Shown piece after piece: positions 1-5,482 of a DNA stretch of 5,997 nucleotides (position 1 is its first letter; each line of letters opens with the position of its first letter). Origin of the DNA: Octopus sinensis (lineage: Eukaryota). The notes beneath the pieces are model-generated. The model worked only from the letters and a program-made list of their open reading frames with translations, was not told the origin of the DNA and did no database searches. The stretch covers positions 1 to 5,997 of the forward strand of contig NW_021829685.1 of assembly GCF_006345805.1 (NCBI RefSeq), in the 5' to 3' direction. Both the position numbers and the translations under genes were made by a program.

Positions 1-39
<39 letters not shown>

Positions 40-42
40 ATA
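1..42. repeat. (TG)n/(TA)n microsatellite
   Basis: tgtgtgtg followed by an uninterrupted (ta)n run to about position 37; read directly. Confidence 0.95.
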
Positions 43-196
43 TGAGTACCTACGGTTACATAGAGATTCGTAACGACACCAACCACCACCCGTTTCCTAC
101 CCCCAACCACGCAGCACAGATGGTACCACTCTTGTGCTCCGCCTCAACAGTCCCCCGCACAGACGGCATCATCACTTAACCCACATCCTTCACTTA

Positions 197-250
197 ACAC
201 ACACGCGCACGCGCGACACATACACGCGGGCGGGCGCGCGCACACGCGCA
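197..250. repeat. (CA)n/(CG)n mixed dinucleotide tract
   Basis: acacacacgcgcacgcgcgacacatacacgcgggcgggcgcgcgcacacgcgca; mostly alternating purine-pyrimidine. Confidence 0.85.
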
Positions 251-307
251 GTCACAGGCAAGCGTAAGATGACCTTGAGTAACATTCTTGAATGGGGACA
301 AGACAAC

Positions 308-352
308 CTAACCTCTCTCTCTCTTTGTCTCTTTTCGTCTCTCCTTCAACAG
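308..352 (+). promoter_or_regulatory. candidate spliceosomal 3' splice site (branch point, polypyrimidine tract, CAG)
   Basis: CTAAC at 308-312, a ~35-nt pyrimidine tract at 312-347, then CAACAG ending at 352. It could equally be a (CT)n microsatellite matching by chance. Confidence 0.3.
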
Positions 353-398
353 CATCAGGAGACGATCATTACGCAGGCTGACACCCCATCTTGTGTAC

Positions 399-980
399 GG
401 CGAGCTGGCAGAATCGTTAGAGCGCCGGGCGAAATGCTTAGCGGTATTTCGTCTGCCGTTACGTTCTGAGTTCAAATTCCGCCGAGGTCGACTTTGCTTT
501 TCATCCTTTAGGGGTCGATTAAATAAGTACCAGTTACGCACTGGGGTCGATATAATCGACTTAATCCCTTTGTCTGTCCTTGTTTGTCCCCTCTGTGTTT
601 AGCCCCTTGTGGGTAATAAAGAAATAGGTATTTCGTCTGTCGTTACGTTCTGAGCTCAAATTCCACCGAGGTCGACTTTGCCTTTCATCCTTTCGGGGTC
701 GATAAATTAAGTACCAGTTACACACTGGGGTCAATGTAATCGACTTAATCTGTTTGTCTGTCCTTGTTTGTCCCCTTTGTGGGTAGTAAAGAAATAGGTA
801 TTTCGTCTGTCGTTACGTTCTGAGCTCAAATTCCGCCGAGGTCGACTTTGCCTTTCATCCTTTCGGGGTCGATTAAATAAGTACCAGTTACGCACTGGGG
901 TCGATATAATCGACTTAATCCCTTTGTCTGTCCTTGTTTGTCCCCTCTATGTTCAGCCCCTTGTGGGCAATCAAGACATA
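399..980 (+). mobile_element. tRNA-derived SINE array A: head + 3 tandem body units (octopus OK/OR-like SINE)
   Basis: Head 399-442 with A box TGGCAGAATCG (406-416) and B box GAGTTCAAATTCC (468-480). Units are 443-626 (184 bp), 627-796 (170 bp, 14-bp deletion near repeated CCCC) and 797-980 (184 bp). No clear TSD. The family name is from recall, not from a search. Confidence 0.9.
406..480 (+). promoter_or_regulatory. RNA polymerase III type-2 internal promoter (A box + B box) of SINE head
   Basis: TGGCAGAATCG fits TRGCNNARY; GAGTTCAAATTCC fits GTTCRANNC. The same pair recurs at 2146-2220 (+) and in the minus-strand heads near 1650-1726 and 3832-3906. Confidence 0.8.
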
Positions 981-1139
981 AATATAAAGAACCAGAGAAG
1001 GAACTACTATGTTGTCATTGGAAATGCTAGAAATAGCAACCTAATCTCTGTTAAATCACCCCGTCAGTCACAACGTTTAAAAATCGGAAGGACACATTAA
1101 ATGATGGCGTCCCACACAAACGCATACACATACATATAT

Positions 1140-1736
1140 CTTTACTACCCACAAGGGGCTAATCACAGAGGGGACAAACAAGGACAGACAAACGGATTGA
1201 GTTGATTATATCGACCCCAGTGCGTAACTGGTACTTAATTTATCGATCCCGAAAGGATGAAAGGCTAAGTCAACCTCGGCAGAATTTGAACTCAGAACGT
1301 AGCGGTAGACGAAATACCTATTTCTTTACTACCCACAAGGGGCTAAACACACAGGGGACAAACAAGGACAGACAAACGGATTGAGTCGATTACATCGATT
1401 CCAGTGCGTAACTGGTACTTATTTAATCGATCCCGAAAGGATGAAAGGCAAAGTCGACCTCGGCAGAATTTGAACTCAGAACGTAGCGGTAGACGAAATA
1501 CCTATTTCTTTACTACCCACTAGGGGCTAAACACACAGGGGACAAACAAGGACAGACAAACGGATTGAGTCGATTACATCGACCCCAATGCGTAACTGGT
1601 ACTTAATTTATCGACCCCGAAAGAATGAAAGGCAAAGTCGACTTCAGCGGAATTTGAACTCAGAACGTAACGGCAGACGAAATACCACTAAGCATTTCGC
1701 CCGGCGTGCTAACGGTTCTGCCAGCTCACCGCCTTC
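1140..1736 (-). mobile_element. tRNA-derived SINE array B: head + 3 tandem 184-bp units
   Basis: Reverse complement of the same family. Head 1687-1736 (starts GAAGGCGGTGAGCTGG on -). Unit boundaries at 1686/1687, 1502/1503 and 1318/1319. Flanked by the 17-bp direct repeat CATACACATACATATAT (1123-1139, 1737-1753). Confidence 0.92.
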
Positions 1737-1795
1737 CATACACATACATATATATAGATACACACATGTACACATACACATACACTACACACATG
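1737..1795. repeat. degenerate (CA)/(TA) microsatellite
   Basis: catacacatacatatatatagatacacacatgtacacatacacatacactacacac. Confidence 0.8.
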
Positions 1796-1950
1796 TAAAT
1801 GCCGTTTTATAACCGGAAGTAATCTTAGGCCTAGCCATCAGCAGCAAAATCCCCGAAGGCCTGAAAAAATCCCAAATCTCACAATTGATATATTCAGGGG
1901 TTGGACAAAATAATGGAAAACTCTTGGATAAATGGAAGTTTTATCATTTC

Positions 1951-2126
1951 ATACGGAGTTGATCCACCTTTGGCATCAATTACAGCTTCGATGCGTCGAA
2001 GAATTCTCTCGTACAAGTTCTGAACGCTTGTTGGAGGAATACTGAGCCATTCTTCAAAAAGAGCCTGCTTTGACGAATGGAAGCACCCCTCACTCGCTGC
2101 TCTAAAATGTTCCATAAATGTTAGAT
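1951..2126 (-). pseudogene. Tc1-like transposase C-terminal remnant
   Basis: I*HLWNILEQRVR, then a frameshift, then EEWLSIPPTSVQNLYERILRRIEAVIDAKGGSTPY. This matches the canonical Tc1 C-terminus (EEW..IP...IQNLYES.PRRI.AVI.AKGG.T.Y). Confidence 0.9.
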
Positions 2127-2133
2127 TTTATTG

Positions 2134-2734
2134 AAGGCAGCGAGCTGGCAGAAACGTTAGCACACCGGGCGAAATGCTTAGCGGTATTTCGTCTGCCGTT
2201 ACGTTCTGAGTTCAAATTTCGCCGTGGTCGACTTTGCCTTTCATCCTTTCGGGGTCGATTAAATAAATACCAGTTACGCACTGAGGTCGATGTAATCGAC
2301 TTAATCCGTTTGTCTGTCCTTGTTTGTCCTCTCTGTGTTTAGCCCCTTGTGGGTAGTAAAGAAATAGGTATTTCGTCTGCCGCTACGTTCTGAATTCAAA
2401 GTCCGCCGAGGTCGACTTTGCCTTTCATCCTTTCGGGGTCGATAAATTAAGTACCAGTTACGCACTGGGGTCGATATAATCGACTTAGTCCGTTTGTCTG
2501 TCCTTGTTTGTCCTCTCTGTGTTTAGCCCCTTGTGGGTAGTAAAGAAATAGGTATTTCGTCTGCCGCTACGTTCTGAGTTCAAATTCTGCCGAGGTCGAC
2601 TTTGCCTTTCATCCTTTCGGGGTCGATAAATTAAGTACCAGTTACGCACTGTGGTCGATGTAATCGACTTAATACCTTTGTCTGTCCTTGTTTGTCCTTT
2701 CTGTGTTTAGCCCCTTGTGGGTAGTAAAGAAATA
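2134..2734 (+). mobile_element. tRNA-derived SINE array C: head + 3 tandem 184-bp units, inserted in Tc1 transposase
   Basis: Head 2134-2182; units 2183-2366, 2367-2550 and 2551-2734. Flanked by TTTATTG (2127-2133, 2735-2741). Removing the insert restores WPPLSLYPNK|I*HLW. Confidence 0.93.
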
Positions 2735-2845
2735 TTTATTGGGATACAGTGATAGCGGAGGCCATACCAAGTAATTTTCAGCATCGTACTCTTCATACCA
2801 ATTTTGTATAACATTAGCCATGTAAGTCAGCGCATTACCATCTTG
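2735..2845 (-). pseudogene. Tc1-like transposase middle remnant (second D to WPPxSPDLN region)
   Basis: QDGNALTYMANVIQNWYEEYDAENYLVWPPLSLYPNK resembles QDDNAPIH..W.EE....WPPQSPDLN. Confidence 0.88.
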
Positions 2846-3270
2846 GGGATCTTTTCGGTTTGAACGGCAGTTTTTTCTAGCGGTGTCATATGAAATTGTC
2901 ACCCATAATTATGACCCTAGTATCGACCTATTGCATTTCAATCTCTTTTAGGGTTAGGGTTAGTGTTAGAGGTGGGGGAAGGGTATCTTTTTTTCTTCAC
3001 AAATGTAAATAAACCCAATCTGTTTCTTAAACGAGGGACATATTCATACGGCACAGAATGTTTTTTTTACCTCAATAAACGTCATTGATTTGTTGAAATT
3101 GCAGAAATTGAATAAAAAAACAACAAATATCTTACAAACTATAGAATTTTCTCAATAAAGCCACAAGAAAAAGATGTTTTATAAACACATTCTACCAGTA
3201 TACGAAGTTTAACATTTTTTAGTTACCTAGAAATTATGTTAAAAACTGCCGTTCAAACCGAAAAGATCCC
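2846..3270. mobile_element. non-autonomous TIR DNA transposon (MITE, ~425 bp)
   Basis: Perfect 30-bp TIR GGGATCTTTTCGGTTTGAACGGCAGTTTTT (2846-2875) and its reverse complement (3241-3270). TSD is ATCTTG (6 bp), or CATCTTGG (8 bp) if the ends are set at 2847/3269. Removing it restores the Tc1 IFQDGNA motif. Confidence 0.92.
2948..2971 (+). repeat. short telomere-like (TTAGGG)n tract inside MITE
   Basis: TTAGGG TTAGGG TTAGTG TTAGAG. Confidence 0.7.
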
Positions 3271-3276
3271 ATCTTG

Positions 3277-3560
3277 GAAGATTGTGCTATTATCAGGGAA
3301 CCATGTTTGTACCATAAGAGGACATGATCAGCCAAAATACTTAGATAACCTTTGGTTTTAATTCTTCCACGTAGAAGAACTAAAGGCTCATGAGAATTTT
3401 GTGATGTGGCAGCCCAACTCATCTCTATGCGTCACGGCAGAGCTGAAGGCTTCTTTGGGCTTTCGCAAGACATAAAGTCGTCTCAAAGTGGAGAAAGGGT
3501 GAATGGTGATTCATCATAGAAAGTAACATTGTTCCTTTCAATCACTGGCCTGGCCACTTC
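3277..3560 (-). pseudogene. Tc1-like transposase N-terminal part of catalytic domain (first D)
   Basis: TFYDESPFTL (D codon 3513-3515), YVLRKPKEAF and MSWAATSQNSHEPLVLLRGRIKTKGYLSILADHV resemble Tc1 FSDES..F, VWR.P.EA and MVWAAIS....GPLV.L.GRI....Y.SIL.D.V. Frameshifted. Confidence 0.85.
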
Positions 3561-3618
3561 TAATAGTCTAGACGCTATTTTCCGCTTATCAATGTTGACG
3601 GGGAACAGGACAGGTTTT

Positions 3619-3640
3619 GTAGTAGTAGTAGTAATAGTAG
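3619..3640 (-). repeat. (CTA)n tail of the RTE element
   Basis: gtagtagtagtagtaatagtag on +, directly after GGATGCC on -. RTE-clade elements typically end in short tandem repeats. Confidence 0.85.
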
Positions 3641-3685
3641 GCATCCGTCAGTCTCGAGAGGCCATGGATCTGCGCCCCCCAAACC

Positions 3686-3909
3686 TATTTCTTTATTACC
3701 CACAAGGGGCTAAACATAGAGGGGACAAACAAAGACAGACAAACGTATTAAGTCGATTACATCGACCCCAGTGCGTAACTGGTACTTAATTTATCGACCC
3801 CGAAAGGATGAAAGGTAAAGTCAACCTCGGCGGAATTTGAACTCAGAACGTAGCAGCAGACGAAATACCGCTAAGCATTTCGCCCGGCGTGCTAACGATT
3901 CTGCCAGCA
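3686..3909 (-). mobile_element. SINE monomer D (head + one 184-bp unit) inserted in RTE 3' UTR
   Basis: Unit 3686-3869, head 3870-3909. Flanked by the TSD CGCCCCCCAAA(A)CC (3673-3685, 3910-3923). Removing it restores a continuous RTE 3' UTR. Confidence 0.93.
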
Positions 3910-3929
3910 CGCCCCCCAAAACCGTGTCT

Positions 3930-4513
3930 GCTTCTGATGGTGGTGCAGCGTCTGTACAGGCCCACACGAGAGTGGCAGTCACGCATGCAACGATTGTATT
4001 TGAAGGCGCCCTCTGTCGGCACAATTGATTTTCCCTTCCGCCGAGAGCGCTTTTCTTTGATGGCGAGTTCCTGTTTTTCTCCCGCTCTCTCCATTCCCTT
4101 TCGCAGTATTTGCCTCCAGTGTGGGGGCGATCGCTTGCAACCTCCTCCCCATCTCAGGACGTCCAGATCAAGCGACTTCATATCCCCCTCCTACAGACGT
4201 CTTTGAAAGCGATGAGGTCGTCCTCGTGCTCGTGTGCCGGTGACTAATTCCCCCCATACAAGAGGTCTTTTGGAGATTCTTCCGTCTGGCAAGCGATGAA
4301 CATGATCGAACCAACCAGCTCAAACGACGCAACTGGAGCAAGATGTGTACGCTGGGTATCTCGGATCGGTTGAGAACTTCAGTGTTGGTGATGTGGTCGG
4401 TTCACTTGATGTCCAAAATGCGTCTCAAATTACGAAGGTGAAAGACGTTGAGACGCCGCTCCTGTCTAGAGTAGAGGCTCCACGTCTCACTGCCGTAAAA
4501 TAGCGTACTAAGG
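3930..4513 (-). pseudogene. RTE ORF C-terminal remnant (post-RT region and C-terminal Cys/His motif)
   Basis: LSTLFYGSETW...RRILDIK*TDHITNTEVL...RLPDGRISKDLLYGEL...RGRP...MKSLDLD...CMRDCHSRVGLY; contains stops and frameshifts. Confidence 0.88.
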
Positions 4514-4658
4514 GTCCACAAGAATAAAATAGTAATCAAAGGGGTACATAGATTTATATAAACTCTAAAGATACTAGTGAATTCCTGATGTATACCCAGT
4601 AGTAATTTCAACTGTATGATGACATGAGATAGCCAATAACTGCCGTCAAGCAGCGTAC

Positions 4659-5482
4659 TAAGGACGCACGCCTTATAGAAAGCAATCTTGGTGTTTGCAG
4701 CCAGTTTTTATTTTGTTTTCCCAGACTCTCTTTGTGAGCCTGGCAAATGTCGGGGATGCTTGTCTGATTCGCCTCTTGATCTTAGGGTCCAGGGAGAGGT
4801 CATCAGCGATGGTAGAGTCGAGATAGGTGAATTGATGGACCACTCTTAGCATGTAGTCGCTGATGGTGATGGTCGTGCTCGAGAATTTGACCAAATTACT
4901 TGGGTCTTCTTCAGACTGATAGTCAGGCTCAATTCCTGACAAGTCTTTGAAAGTTTGTCCTCGAGGTGCTGCGTTTAAGGACGCACGCCTTATAGAAAGC
5001 AATCTTGGCGTTTGCAGCCAGTTTTTTGTTTTCCCAGGCTCGCTTTGTAAGTCTGGCAAATGTGGGGAATGCTTGTTCGATTCGCCTCTTGATCTTAGGG
5101 TCCAGAGAGAGGTCATCAGCGATGGTAGAGTCGAGATAGGTGAATCGATGGACCACTCCTAGCATGTAGTCGCTGAATGGTGATGGTGGGGGCGTGCTCG
5201 AGAGTTTGACCAATTACTTGGGTCTTCTTCAGACTGATAGTCAGGCTCAATTCCTGACAGGTCTTTGAAAGTTTGTCCACGAGGTGCTGCGTTTAAGGAC
5301 GCTCGCCTTATAGAAAGAAATCTTGGCGTTTGCAGCCAGTTTTTTGTTTTCCCAGACTCGCTTTGTGAGTCTGGCAAATGTGGGGAATGCTTGTCCTATT
5401 CACCTCTTGATCTTCGAAATAGGTATTTCGTCTGTCTTTACGTTCTGAGGTCTTCGAAAGTTTGTCGACGACGTGCTGCATT
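4659..5482 (-). repeat. tandem triplication of a ~317-bp RTE RT segment
   Basis: TAAGGACGC[A/T]CGCCTTATAGAAAG recurs at 4659, 4976 and 5294 (periods 317 and 318). Copy 3 (5294-5482) lacks ~165 bp internally. Confidence 0.93.
5416..5449 (+). mobile_element. orphan 34-bp SINE tail-to-body junction fragment
   Basis: GAAATAGGTATTTCGTCTGTCTTTACGTTCTGAG matches the array A junction (621-654, 791-824) at 33/34 nt. Flanked by TCTTCGAAA direct repeats (5411-5419, 5451-5459). Confidence 0.88.

Larger units (their letters stand above)
1895..3610 (-). mobile_element. decayed Tc1/mariner DNA transposon, interrupted by SINE array C and a MITE; 5' part and second TIR not in window
   Basis: Tc1-like TIR CAGGGGTTGGACAAAATAATGGAAAAC at 1895. 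Transposase remnants on - join seamlessly once the two insertions and their TSDs are removed. Confidence 0.88.

Noticed and set aside
399-485. tRNA gene
   Set aside because: A/B boxes and a partial cloverleaf are present, but the anticodon arm is over-long, the T stem is poor and it continues into a repeat body. It is a SINE head.
443-626. Hammerhead ribozyme / retrozyme in the 184-bp unit
   Set aside because: No CTGANGA...GAAA core with proper stems on either strand by eye (the closest is GGATGAAAGG on -). An Infernal/RNAmotif scan would be needed to exclude other ribozyme classes.
443-980. CRISPR-like array
   Set aside because: Units are contiguous 184-bp repeats with no unique spacers, in a eukaryotic TE context with no cas genes.
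981-1122. Spacer between arrays A and B as a fragment of another octopod repeat
   Set aside because: It vaguely recalls another repeat (GAAATAGCA...AAATCAC...GGAAGGACACATT) but occurs once here and cannot be supported without a search.
134-1812. ORFs 134-469, 308-541, 393-602, 1202-1384 and 1588-1812 (also 2118-2342, 3529-3789, 3821-4028)
   Set aside because: They are frames across SINE copies and microsatellites. The same peptides recur wherever the SINE recurs, with no recognisable protein motif.
1813-1820. ETS-like motif CCGGAAGT
   Set aside because: A single 8-mer with no promoter context; expected by chance.
399-2734. A/G and T/C differences between units as fossil ADAR editing
   Set aside because: Transitions dominate neutral divergence anyway, and ten units are too few to show a strand-specific excess.
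3619-3700. This RTE as the partner LINE of the SINE
   Set aside because: The RTE 3' end (GAGACTGACGGATGCC(CTA)n) shows no visible similarity to the SINE tail (CCCCTTGTGGGTAGTAAAGAAATA). Proximity alone is not evidence.
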